Shown here: positions 39,603-51,990 of the stretch, in pieces
Position numbering within the stretch: position 1 is the first letter of the stretch
Layout: every line of letters begins with the position of its first letter
Position numbers and translations under genes: made by a program
The notes under the pieces: model-generated
The model's input: only the letters and a program-made list of their open reading frames with translations
Told to the model about the DNA's origin: nothing
The model's database searches: none
Source of the DNA: Squalus acanthias
Lineage: Eukaryota
Assembly (NCBI GenBank): GCA_030390025.1
Contig: JASTWF010000036.1
Coordinates: forward strand, 868,001-932,000
Direction of reading: 5' to 3'
Length of the DNA: 64,000 nucleotides

Positions 39603-40317
39603 CAATATTTAAAACAAAAGGGGGTCGAAAGGACTGGACCCTTTTGAAATAAAATTAAAACGTTTAGAAAGATGGGTTTGTCGATTCAATAGTAACTTTC
39701 AAAGGGGAATTGGATAAATACTTGAAAAGGAGAAAAATTGCAGGGCCACGGGCAAAGAGCGAGGGAGTGGGACTAATTGGATCGCTCTTTGAAAGAGCCG
39801 GCACAGGCGAATGGCCTCCCTCTGTGCTGCATCATTCTCGTGTGCAGGCCAAACAAAGACAATTTCCTAAAAATGGTTCACTGTACTTGACAAAACTGCG
39901 GTTGTACTCAGATCAGCACCCCCAAACTCAACACAATGTGAAAATGGCCACATCGGCATCGAGGCTGCAGTATAACTGGCCCATCAACTTTCCTGGACAG
40001 TTCTGACAGTGCTAATTACTGTGATAAACGAACTGCTTCATTATTGACTAGTGTAAAGATAAGCTGCCCGTGAATGTTTTCCCCACTCCCTTCTAATTTA
40101 CCATCCTTTCCCTCCTGAAGCCACTGCAATTCTTCACGCAAGAGTCAAGCCAGGGAGCGGCAGCAGGCAATTCAACTATGGAGGCCATCACACCCGACAC
40201 TGTGCTCACACCAACATCCACCCATGCCCTCTTTCCAACAGAGGTTACTGGATAGTGATCATGAGCAGGAGTCCGGCCTGATTCTCGCCCTCTCTGGCTC
40301 AGGGGACACTGAGATAT

Positions 40318-40592
40318 CTGCGCTCCTCCAATTCTGGCCTCTTGAGCATCCCCGATTTTAATCGCTCCACCATCGGTGGCCGTGCCTTCTGCTGCCTAGG
40401 CCCTAAGCACTGGAATTCCCTCTCTACCTCCCTCTCTCCACCTTTAAGACGCTCCTTAAAACCTACCTCTTTGACCAAGCTTTTGGTCACCTGCCCAAAT
40501 ATCTCCTTATGTGGCTCGGTGTCAAATTTTGTTTGATAACGCTCCTGTGAAGCGTCTTGGTTAAAGGCGCTATATAAATGCAAGTTATTGTT
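40318..40592 (+). mobile_element. L2 3' fragment
   Basis: GGRAF...WNSL...KTYLF-type end plus tail. Confidence 0.85.
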
Positions 40593-41169
40593 TAGTTCAA
40601 TTGCAGTTTTACAGTATTGAGCTGCAGCCAACTCACTGAGCACAGACACCAAACCTGGGACTTTATGATTTGTGTGGCTCAATGCTATGCACCATGCCAT
40701 CAAAGACTGGTCTAGTGGGTAGCACTAAGTTAACAGGTGCATGTACTTGTATGTATTGGATTATGCTCTAGCCAGAACAAAATATAGCCCCTAATCGATC
40801 CAGACTGCAGTGTTTTCCTCTGCATCTCCATCATATTACTTATTGCAGTAATATTATACGAGGGACGTTATGGCATGTCAGGTGCAAGCTTTATAGATTC
40901 TGTTTATTGCACCTTCATAGCATCGATAACATTTAAATGACATTGAAGGTTATGCTTAACACGCTATTAAAATAAACTTTATTGGCAGGAGATGAACGAT
41001 GTTCAGATCTAATTAATACCATTAAAATTATATGATGGGAATAAAATAGAACATCTATTTTAACATAATATTTACAGAATTGCTTATGTTTTAATTAAAA
41101 TTACAGGAACATTCGCAGTATATAGCTAAAGTAATGACATCGTGGGATAATAGTGTACGAATGCTTAAT

Positions 41170-41801
41170 GGGGGACAAATTGGCCCTCGCTGCGCCTGGA
41201 AAATGGGGACAGAAGGACCAATTCCTGGCCGTAACGTCCCACACCCAGTCTGTGCCTGTGTTATGGGCGGCACCATATTGGTAAAAGCGGCCTTCCAGGC
41301 GTCCCTGGCGGCTGCCTAAAACAGGCATTAGGCCCCTTGCATATGTTAATAAGGGGCCTAACGCCTCTTTGAGGACTCCTTCCAGAAACTGGGCCGCGGT
41401 GGACCTGCTCCGCTCAGGATTACTTGGCCTACATGCGGTCTAAGGTGGTCCCTAAAGGGACCGCTAGAGGTCGCCAATCATGTGGAGCTGGAAGGAGCAG
41501 GAGTGCTCCTCCCGGCTCCACAGCACTACCGCGGGCCGCTGCCAGCCCGTGCTGGCCCCCTTCCCGTTCTCACCCCCACCCCCCCTCCCCAGGATTTACC
41601 GAAGGGCCGCTGTTGGCGAGGCAGCCAGCCCAAAATGGAGCGGAGCACAGCGACGCGCTCCCTCTGCAGATGCGACAGACGCCAATAGCTCACCGTAATT
41701 ATTAAAATGAGGCCTGAGGCCCTATTTCAGGCGCGCCTCGGGCCTCCAGCTTTTGGTGACCGTCTTTTGCCCGAAAACAGGCCTAAACCAATTTCTAGGC
41801 C
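41170..41801. mobile_element. Harbinger-type MITE
   Basis: AAT TSD on both sides; imperfect TIR GGGGGACAAATTGG / CCAATTTCTAGGCC. Confidence 0.75.
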
Positions 41802-42361
41802 AATGTGTTTGTCTGAAATTCTGCTCTCTGCTAAATATGTTCATTCACTATTATCCCACAGCATAATATAACACAAATAGTAAATGCCACCAGAGAATAA
41901 GTTCAGTGATGCTGGCTCCCGGCACACTGCCTTGCTCAACAGAAGCATGGATGCCAGAATCAGCCCTATAATGCTAAGGGGCCTATCTGTGACCCACACT
42001 GTCATTGAACGGCAGTTAATGGACCTGTGGACACTTAGGTTCCTTAGACTGACCGCGTTGCAATAACAGATGAGAGTTTTAAAGCAGTGCTTCAGTACTG
42101 TTTATAGGAGGGAGTGGGGGCAGCTGTTAAACCAGTAACTATGATGTGCAGGAGTAGGCCACTCAGCCTCTCGAGCTGTCCATTCAATCATATCAAGTAG
42201 CCTCACTGAATTTACTCTTATATATAAAACACAAACTACTTGAGGAATGAAATTGCACAGGGCGATCTGAAACTCCATCTGCTCACATGAAATTCCGCTC
42301 TCCACTATTTCAGTGGAGACATTACCAGTTTCTTTTAAAATTTCCAATACTGCGATTCACA

Positions 42362-42680
42362 GTTTTTTTTATTCGTTCCTGGGATGTGGGCGTCGCTGGC
42401 AAGGCCAGCATTTATTGCCCATCCCTAATTGCCCTCGAGAAGGTAGTGGTGAGCCGCCTTCTTGAACCGCTGCAGTCCGTGTGGTGAAGGTACTCCCACA
42501 GTGCTGTTAGGGAGGGAGTTCCAGGATTTTGGCCCAGCGGCGATGAAGGAACGGCCGATATATTTCCAAGTCATGATGGTGTGTGACTTGGAGGCGGTGG
42601 TGTTCCCATGCGCCTGCTGCCCTTGTCCTTCTAGGTGGTAGAGGTCACGGGTTTGGGAGGTGCTGCCGAAGAAGGTTTGG
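42362..42680 (-). mobile_element. CR1-clade 3' fragment (same family as 9645-10095)
   Basis: Reverse-complement similarity. Confidence 0.85.
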
Positions 42681-43472
42681 GAAGTGCTGTCGAAGACCTT
42701 AGATAATATCTAATACAAGTTACATGACTATTTATAATGCTGTATATAATTGAAATAAGGGGTATATGCATACAAGTTACAGCAGCATTTAGAGTATAAA
42801 TCCGTAATGAGGATTGTTGTACTAGATCCTTAGAATAGATAAATTGGACATATCCAGAGCAGTATCGACAGGCAATGAGGTACGTACACAAGCAGAATAG
42901 AGTGACAAGTAGTGGAAAATGTAGCATTTAGAGACATTGAGATGGATAGTTGAGGTAGCACTAAATGGACAGCAGGCAAGCCCGATAATAGGTGGAAAAC
43001 CGGCTAGACAGGCAAGCAGCACTGCAGACAAACTAGGAAATGACTGGAATCTCGGGCAGTCAGCAGTACAGACAAACAGCCAGTAGGGTTATTATGGGTA
43101 GGGAGTGGAGGAAGTGGGCAGTGAGGAATAGGACAGAGGGACAGACACACTCGCAGCACTGCCAGATAGTGGGCACTCAAACAGGCTCCAAGGCTGGGCA
43201 GCTTGTTGGAGCAAGCTCTGTGCCAACCAAGCAAACAATTAATTGCAAGGTGAGTCTCGCACGATTGCGGATACCAAACTTTGGATAAGTGATAGCCTAC
43301 CTTTGCAAACTAACTGGTGATTTTTGATTCCTATAAAAACTTGGACATCATATTCGAGACGTTATCTATCTGTGACAGAGATTATTTGATGAGTTTTTAT
43401 TTCACAGAATTTTCCACCACTTTTTTCTGGTACAGTAATTTTCTGTGCTTGTTCATGCCCATGTGCTGAGAG

Positions 43473-43692
43473 AGGTCTAGGCCCGTTTTTGGGCCTGAAA
43501 TAGGCGGCGTGTTCCGAGCACCTTTAAGGACTGCTGGTTAGGCCACATTAGGAACCAAAAACATGAGCAGAACCGCCTTTACCAATATGGCGGCACCTGT
43601 ATCACAGGCGCAGATCGGGCGCGGGCGGTTGCCCTTTTTGCCCCCATTTTCCGCACGGAAAGCAGGTGCAACGAGGACCAATTAATCCTCCA
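43473..43692. mobile_element. Internally deleted, inverted relative of 41170-41801
   Basis: Shares CCGC.TTTACCAATATGG, CACAGGC.CAGA, CCTGAAATAGG and terminal GAGG.CCAATT in reverse orientation. Confidence 0.6.
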
Positions 43693-44258
43693 TTGTGCCT
43701 CTCATGTCCTAAACTAATTAAATGCACACATAAAACTCCCAATTGTGGAGGCAGTTTAACTGATGTAGGGTTCTGGTATTTCTCATTTACTGTCTGAAGG
43801 TGAGTTGGTCACTTTTAAGTTGGGAAACATCCTGCTTCTCAAAGCTCTGGAGATTTTTTTTTGGGGGGTGGGGGTGCGAGGAGGGGTGGAGTTTAAAGGT
43901 CACTGGAGGTTTCTATCCATTTAAGTGGGACTGCAGGAACATACTACGGCCCTCCCACCTGATGGGATCACGATGGACCCAGGGCTAAGGTGTGAACATG
44001 TGAACTTCTATTCCCCAATATACATCTCAAAAACATTGACATTTTGGGGCAATGATTTTATCAGGCATTATCTCAGCCTACTGTACCAAGACCAAGTCAT
44101 AATTAGCTTCTTAATAAAGTTCTCTTCTCATTTTGGTTTCTCTTACTCTCCTTCCGCCTTTCTTGGCAACAGCTTCACTGGTCACAGAATCACACTTGCC
44201 AGTGGCATTATTCGAATGCACGGAATTCGAACACGTACTGCGCACAGTAAAAGAACAC

Positions 44259-45652
44259 GGGGTAGGTTTTCACTCCGGGCTGCATTCGGGCGGGCGGTGA
44301 GAGGGACGTCTGTGCTGCCCCCCCCCCCCGAAGTCCTTGCTGCGAGGCCCGAGCCAGGCCTCATTTGGTTACTGCCAGCGGGCTGTCAGCTCGGTGCCAC
44401 CCCTTAGAAGTAGCTCACCGGTTCAAGGGGAGGGGCGAGGCGTGTATGGGCTGGAAGATTTTTGTGGGGCCAGGAGGAGCATTCATTTCAAAAGAAACTT
44501 ACCCGGGCTGATTTCTGAGCTGCCTGCAGTGGTCCCTTTAAGGACCGCTGGCTAGGCCGCTCAACTCCTAGTACCAAAGGGTGGATCATCCACTTCACCC
44601 ATTGCTACCTCAAATGGAACCCTGATTCGCACATTTAGGGCTGGATTTTCCAAGCCCCGAGGAGGCGGGCATGGAGGCGGGACAGCCAGTAAACTCGGAG
44701 AAAGGGGGGGCGGATGGCAAAGCCGCCCCCATCCAGCCTCGGTGCCCTTTTGCCAAGAGGCGGGAGGATGTGCAGCTTCGGGTCCCGTCTCCTGGAGGCG
44801 GGAAAGGCATTTCGTCCTTTTAACTGCCTGTTAACAGGTAGTTAACAGGCAGAAAAAAGGATTAGTGCCATTTTACCTTCACAGGTGAAGGCTTCCCGAC
44901 CTCGGAGAACCCCGCCGGGTTGGAGGAGACGTGGAGGAGGTCTGCGGCGGTCGGAGGCACCTGGAAGTAAGATGTAGAGGTGAGTGATGGGTGCAAGTGT
45001 GGAGTGGTAAGTATGGAAGGTGAGTGATAAGTTTAAAAAAATGTTCACTTACCTTGTTTTCTTTCTACAGCCTTCAGCAGCGCTGGATCGGGAGACCCGA
45101 CATCCTCCTTGTCAATTTCACAGACTGACTGTTGGATCCTCCGAACCAACAGCCATGTGAAATTTACAAAGTTGAAAGGTTTGCTGAGTCCTGAACACAA
45201 AGACTCATCAAACTAAAGAGAATGTCAGTGTTTGACAGCTTCACAGAGCTGTCAAACGCTGATATTCTTCTTCCAAGAAGTCTTGACAGATAGCACGTCT
45301 GACGTTGACGTGCTCTGTCAGTGACTTCCTCCCTAATTGGCCTGCTGAGCCCGCAGGGTAGGCTTAACAAGGTCAATCAGGGGAAAATCCCTCTGGTTGG
45401 TCAGGCGAGGATGGAGGCGGGACATTGACACGACAAGCAGCTGTCCCGCATCCAACTCGCCTCCATTCACAAAATCCAGCCCTTGGGCTCCAGCCTGAAA
45501 CAGGCGGCTGCCTGGACTGCCCATGAGAAGACCCCCAATGAAAATGGCGAGAGCCATAAGTGGAGTGGGAACGGGGCAGTAACTGGTGCACTGCCACTTT
45601 CGGCCGGCTACTGCCCTATTCCCGTCGGGCAGAGATCATGAAAATCGGGCCC
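44259..45652. mobile_element. Harbinger-type MITE hosting a second MITE
   Basis: Imperfect TIR GGGGTAGGTTTTCA / TGAAAATCGGGCCC; CAC/CAA flanks. Confidence 0.6.
44638..45482 (+). mobile_element. Harbinger-type MITE family B, copy 1
   Basis: Perfect 12-bp TIR GGGCTGGATTTT / AAAATCCAGCCC; TTA/TTG flanks; GGAGGCGGG subterminal repeats. Confidence 0.85.
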
Positions 45653-45926
45653 CAACGAGTGACAAATGGGTTAAGAAAAGAAATGAACAAACTTGTATTT
45701 ATATAGCATCTATCACATCCTCAGGATGCCTCAAAGCACTTCACAACCAACACCTACACTTCCTGTAAATTCTATGGCCTTAAACTTTCATTGTGAGATA
45801 ATGGTGTCCAAAAGCTTCAAGTATTCGTCTGAAAATCCTTTGTCCACTATTTTAGCGGAGCTATTAACCTGCTTAACTTAAATGGGTTTTCAGATGAAAT
45901 TTCCACAGTGTAACTTCAAGATCTAT

Positions 45927-46743
45927 GGGCGCGATTTTGCCAGCTCTGGGGAGGCGGGTTTGGAGGCGGGACTGCCGGGAAAATGGCAGAATCTGGGGGC
46001 GGGTGCCCATCCCGCCCCCAACCCGCCTCCATGCCATCTTCCCGGGAGGCGGGTAGCCGACCCGCGCCGGGTCCCGTCACCTTGGAGGCGGGAAGGGGAT
46101 TACAGCCACTTAACTGCCTGTTAACAGGTAGTTAACAGGCAGATAAGAGGATTATCCCCATTTTACCCACACAAGTGCGGGCTTCCCGAAGGCTGCGAAC
46201 CCCGCCAGGGTCAGCGAGGCGAGCAGTGGGTCGGAGGGGTGCAAAAGTGCGCTGTGAAGGTAAGTGATGGGTGCAAGTGTGGAGAGGTGAGTATGTGAGG
46301 TAAGTGGAAAGTGTGAGAAAAAGTTTACTTACCTTTGTTTCTTCCTGCAGGCTTCAATCGTTGGGGATGCGGAGAGTCTCGCATCTCCGCGGCAGAGATG
46401 ACAGATGGCTGCTGCATTCTCCAATGCAACAACCATCTAACTTCTGCTAAAGAAAGAGGTTTGCTGAGTCTTGAATTCAAGAACTCATCAAACTACAGAG
46501 AATGTCAGTGTTTGACAGCTTCACAGAGCTGTCAAACGATGACAATTCATCATGAAACTTCATACGCTGACGTTCTCTGTAACCGGCTTCCCCTTAATTG
46601 GCCTGCTAAACCCGCTGGGCGGGCTTAACAAGGTCAATCAAGGGAAAATAGCGTGGGTTGGCCAGAAGTCGATGGAGGCGGGACTAAAACCCGACAAGTG
46701 GGAGTCCCGCCTCCACAAGCTCCCCATTGGCAAAATCCGGCTG
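45927..46743 (+). mobile_element. Harbinger-type MITE family B, copy 2
   Basis: TIR GGGCGCGATTTTGCCA / TGGCAAAATCCGGCTG; TAT/TTT flanks; colinear with copy 1. Confidence 0.82.
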
Positions 46744-47616
46744 TTTCTTAGTTGTAGCTCATTTACATTTTGCACAGGCAGAAACCTCGTGGTCTGCAAA
46801 AGTAATAGCTCAATACACTTCTTGATTTCATCCCGAAAAATCTGCTGTTAAAATAACTTGCTGCTTTACAGAAATACTCCTTAATGAGCGTGGAACCAGT
46901 GCAATCTGCAGATCCTGGAGGCAGGCACATCTTAGGAAATAACTTGGAAGCCACTATGGGGCCAATGACATTACATTTCCAAGTGATTCTGTGTTGATAG
47001 CCCGCCCTTGGGCACGCAGTGGGTCAAAGCCTGTCTTATTTGGCTCATGCAATTGGTTGCTTGGACTGTCAATCACACTGCTTGCTTGACTCTCATGAGA
47101 TGCAGAAAACATAGGAACTGATGGGCTGCTCACGGAATGACTTCAGCGCTGAAGTCAAGAAGGGTTGCGCTCCAAGGAATGGAATTCTCTATTGCTGCCT
47201 TGAAGCCTGTTCAGCCATCGTCTCTTTGGCCCCTCTACTCAACACACGGGCCATTTGAAGAAAAAAATGGTTCCATTTTTCCCATAGTCCTACCAAACAC
47301 TCATCATAGAAAGTATGTCAGTATTGCAGATATAGGTGATGGAATAAGGTGTGATGTGCGAGGATTATGGGGATGTGCGATGGGATAATAAGGGGATTGT
47401 GAACAACTAAGGATCTCCTGTGCCAAAATCCCATTAAATGTGGGTAGCAGTAACCTCAATGTGTTGAAATTGATACAAATGTACCTTTAAATCCCTGTGA
47501 TCATGATCTTCAAAAGTAGAATTTGCTTCGTCGGAAACTTTACATTTTCATTAAAATCAGAGAAATGATTTCATATACAAATACTGTGCTTAATCCACTA
47601 CTGTACTCAATAATTT

Positions 47617-48045
47617 GTCCGCATGCCCGATACGAGACTCCCAAAACAAGCGCTCTACTCGGAGCTCCGACACGGCAAGAGAGCCCCAGGTGGGCAGAGG
47701 AAACGCATCAAGGACACCTTCAAAGCCTCCTTGAAAAAGTGCAACATCCCCACCGACACCTGGGAATCCCTGGCCCAAGACCACACAAAGTGGAGGAGAA
47801 GCATCCGGGAAGGCGGCGAACACCTCGAGTCTCTTCGCCGGGAGCAAGCGGAAGCCAAGCGCAGGCAGCGCAAGGAGCGCACGTCAACCCAAGCACCCCA
47901 CCCACCCGCCCCTTCAACCACCCTCTGCCCCACCTGTGACAGAGACTGTCGGTCCCGCATTGGACTCATCAGTCACCTGAGAACTCATTTTTAATGTGGA
48001 AGCAAGTCATCCTCGGTTCCGAGGGACTGCCTAAGAAGAAGAAGA
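47617..48045 (+). mobile_element. RTE-clade LINE 3' fragment
   Basis: MPDTRLPKQALYSEL..G.R..GGQRKR.KD..K...WE.LA.D...WR and terminal CxxC..HxxxH; (GAA)n tail. Confidence 0.88.
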
Positions 48046-48723
48046 ATTTTGCTCTCTTTTTTAAAAAGTGTACTATTCCCCCCCTCCCTTGACAGAAGCT
48101 GACTGGAGAAAAACAGGACAGAACTTGCATTGCAACTTGCCTAAATTATAAAGATCAAGCCATCCCTTAGGGGTCCTTCTGTCGTTCCTGGGGATTCCAA
48201 TAGAATCCAAACAAAGTACACCAATGCAATTAAATCAGCTTGATAACCTACTTACTGTTGAGAAACGTATTGTTTTGTCTCTTTGCGCTATGTATAGCTT
48301 TTCAATGTAGCTTCAGTGAGCTGGTGAATCAGTGGGTGGCAATTGCTGGTGTGACACTAGACATAATTAAACAAACCTAATTACCAAGAATTGGTCTAAC
48401 AGTGCCATCACGGACAGTCATGATTTAATCTTCATTTCAGCTGAGACGCTTCTAAATTGTAATTTTCAGAGACGTTTGTTGCTTTGTCCAAAGGCATTGT
48501 CACAGTTGAACACTCGTTAGAAGTAGCTTCTCTTCGATTAGTGTTCCTTCTTTATTGGAAACTTTTTGATCTTCCAGGATGTCTCAGACATGGCATGTGC
48601 GGTAATTTTCAAAACTTAGATATTTAATAGCATCAACTACAGGTCACGTTATAAATTTAGGGTCACACCAGGTGTGTCTCTCATGCTTACCCCCCATTAC
48701 ATCAAAATTGCGACACGGATACA

Positions 48724-50930
48724 CAAGAACATAAGAAATAGGAGCAGGAGTAGGCCATACTCGAGCCTGCTCCGCCATTCAATAAGATCATGGTTGATCT
48801 TCAACCTCAACTCCACTTTCCCTCCCGATCCCCAGATCCCTTGATTCCCCGAGAGTCCAAAAATCTATTGATCTCAGCCTTGAAAACCTCTGAGTGAAGA
48901 AATTTCTCCTCATCTCAGTCCTAAATGGCCGACCCCTTATCCTGAGACTGTGCCCCCTACTCCAGCCAAGGGAAATAGCCTCTCAGCATCTACCCTGTCA
49001 ATATTTATACAGGCCATTCAACTCAACCAGTCCGCGTTGGTGTTTATCCTTCACAGGAGCAGTAGTTCTAATGTTCCCGCCCTGTTCCCATATCCCTTCA
49101 TTCCTTTTTCCTTCAACCACCCCTCGAACCTATTCTTAAATGTTGACATGGTCTCTGCTTCAATCACTAACTCCAGTAGTGCGTCCCACTGCCTCACAAC
49201 CCTCCGTGTGAAAAGGTTTCTCCTGCTCTCTGTCCCAACTCTCTTACATTTAATCTTCTGTGTCCCCTCGTTCTAGCACCCTCAATCACTGGAAACAGTC
49301 TGTTTCTATCTATTCTGTCCCGTCCCTCCATACTTTTAAACATCGCTATCAAATCACCCAATAATATCCTCAGCTCGAATAAAAACAAGTCTTTCTTCGT
49401 ATTTGTATTTCCTCATAGCAGGCAGCATCCCAGTGAATCTGCACTATTGCCTCAACATCTTTCCTATCGTGTGGAGTTCAAAACTGCACGCAGTGCTCCA
49501 ATTAAGCAATTTATGTAGCTTCACCTTTACATCTGGACTTTTATATGCCACACCCTTTGTCATAAAACCTCGGGGGAAAAATTGGGTTGCACCCCCTTTG
49601 GGGCGCTAACTTCGCCGGGTTTAGCGCCCCGAAAAAGTTAGCGCCCCCGCACCCGAAATTGAATGGTAGCGCCCCAAGCAGGAGGCAGGGCGCTACTGGA
49701 AGCGCTCCCCCTCCCTCTTGGGGCGCGCCCATTGAATATCACGGCGTTACGTGCAGCAGCACCACGCACGTCAGCACGTAGCGCCGCGGTATTACAGGCC
49801 TCCCTCCCCATTTAAAGGGGAGGGGCCTAGCACAGCGTGCATCGGGGCCCTGCTGGACCACCGGGGAGTGGGGTGCCGGCAAAAGAGCCCGGCACTCAAG
49901 AGGCGCGCCGGGCTGACGGATCACGGCCGGCACCCCGCAGGAGGAGGCCAGCGGGGGCAGGTGCTGGCAGGCAGCCCAAAAAAAATGGCCGCCCGGCACC
50001 TGCCCTTTAATTTGCGCCGCTCCGGCTGCAAACACGGCACCCTGACCCTATCGGACATAGCGTCCGGCGGTAGGTCGGGGGCACAAGCCAAGTTTGCAGC
50101 CGGGGCGCGAGCAGGGCGCTGCGCACGGTGATCACATCATCGCCGCAGGGCGCAGCGCCACAGGGCGCTACCAGCTACCGCCGCCGCTAACCTCCCGCTG
50201 AATTTCGCGGGAGGCGTTAGCGGCACCGCGCCCGGGTGCTAGTTGCTTTGCGCCCTGTTAGCGCCCCAAGGGAAGCGCAAAGCAACCAAGTTTTTCCCCC
50301 CTAGTATTTCATTTATGGCCTTAGCCACTTGATGTGCTGCTTTTAATGTTTTGTGAACCTGAATCTCCAAATTCCTCCGCTCTTCCACATCACCCAATCT
50401 TCCTCCATTTAATTAATTATTACTTTTATTTTTTTTCCCAAAATGTGCCATTTGCTGACATTGAATTCCATCGACCACTTTTGTGCCCATTCCGCCATCT
50501 TATCAATATCTCCGCAGCTTCCTTTGATCCTTAGAATTAATTGCTGTGCCTCCTATTTTAGCATTGTCTGCAAATTTAGACAGCACTCCCTCTAGCTCTA
50601 TATCCAAATGATTGGCGTACACAGTGAACAGAAGCGGTCCGAGAACAGAACCCCGTGGGACACCACTCTCCACTTCCAGCCACTCTGAGAAACTGCCCTT
50701 CTCTTCTATTCTCTGGTTTCTCTCTTCAAACCAGTTTCTAAGCTAATTTGCTAGCCTCCCAATAATTCCATGCCCCTTAATCATCTCCAGTAGTCTCCTG
50801 TGTGGTGCCTTGTCAAAGGCTTTCTGAAAGTCCCTGTACACCACATCCACTGCATTTCCCCCATCTACCATATCCGTCACCTCCTCAAAGAATTCGCTCA
50901 GGCTTGTGAAGCAGGATTTTCCTCTTTGAA
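48724..50930 (-). mobile_element. Young CR1 tail (48724-49000) abutting an older, decayed CR1 ORF2 fragment
   Basis: Reverse-complement CR1 tail; degenerate GDLI, FADN, GVPRGSVLGP and DFQKAFDK motifs. Confidence 0.75.
49572..50300. mobile_element. Harbinger-type MITE (termini related to family A)
   Basis: 19-bp TIR with 2 mismatches GGGGGAAAAATTGGGTTGC / GCAACCAAGTTTTTCCCCC; CTC/CTA flanks; TTAGCGCC repeats. Confidence 0.85.
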
Positions 50931-50999
50931 CTTCTAACTATTTTCTGTTCATCTAGATATTGAGCAATTTGATCTTTAATTAAAGATTCCAAACTTTTA

Positions 51000-51990
51000 T
51001 GGCCTGTAATTATCTGTCATCAATTACCTGTAATCACTCCTGCCCACCACGCTATCACAGACCTTTCCTTTTTGTTCTTTTCCTGCCCGCCTCCTGCTCC
51101 CTTTTCCCCGGCTCTGGATTTGCTTGTTATATGTTAATCTCTAACATCTTCCAGTTCCGACGAAAGGTCATTGACCTGAAAAGTGGGGAGGAATTTTAAC
51201 TTTTGGAGGCGGAATTGGGGGGGGGGGTAGGGGGGTGCGGTTCCGGTAGTGTGCGGGAAACCTGGAAGTCCAGGTCCCCCCACACGCTGTGGAGTTCCAC
51301 ATCATGCATGTGACGTCACTGACAGGTTCCCCGCCCGGAAGTCAGCCTGATTGGCAGGCTTGGCTAACGGTCGGGCAGGGAACGCCGGACAAGAGGCCAC
51401 AACCCCAGGTAGGTGTGAGCCCTGACCCCGGGGGGTGGGGTCTGAGCCCCGACCTCGAGAGGGTGGCCGATCCCGGGGGGGTGGTGGGGAACTGATCCCT
51501 GGCGGTTTTGTACGGGGTTGGGGGGGCGGTGGGCCTGATGGTGAGGCAGCTTGGGAGGCCCGGGGGGAACCACTCCTGCTCCTCCCAGCCCACAAGGAGT
51601 GCTCCCGAGGTTGTCCTCGCCTCACTGCAGCTGCCAGCATTCCCAAGGCCTGGGAAACAAGGCCGGCCACAGTAAAACCTGCAAAGCTCCCAGCCTCATT
51701 ATCATACTTAAAGTGCCAACCCGCCTCCTGTGAGTGGGTTGGCTGCCCGCCCACCATCCCGCCTCCATTAAACCCGGAAGTGGGCGGGTTGGAGGTGGGT
51801 TGGGGTCGGGTGGGAGGTTAAAGTGCTAAAAATCAAAATCCCGACCCCAACCCACCCGTTTTTTGGGTTAAAATTACCCCCCATTATCTCTGCTTCTCTC
51901 TCCACAGATGCTGCCTGACCTGCTGAGTGTTCCCAGCATTTTCTGTTTTAATTTCAGATCTCGAGCATCCGCAGTATTTTGCTTTTGAAT
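51000..51990 (+). mobile_element. Penelope-like pLTR fragment split by a MITE
   Basis: Reverse complement of 27449-27680; hammerhead motif at 51153-51184. Confidence 0.72.
51185..51882. mobile_element. Harbinger-type MITE
   Basis: TIR GGGGAGGAATTTTAAC / GTTAAAATTACCCCCC; AGT/ATT flanks. Confidence 0.8.
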
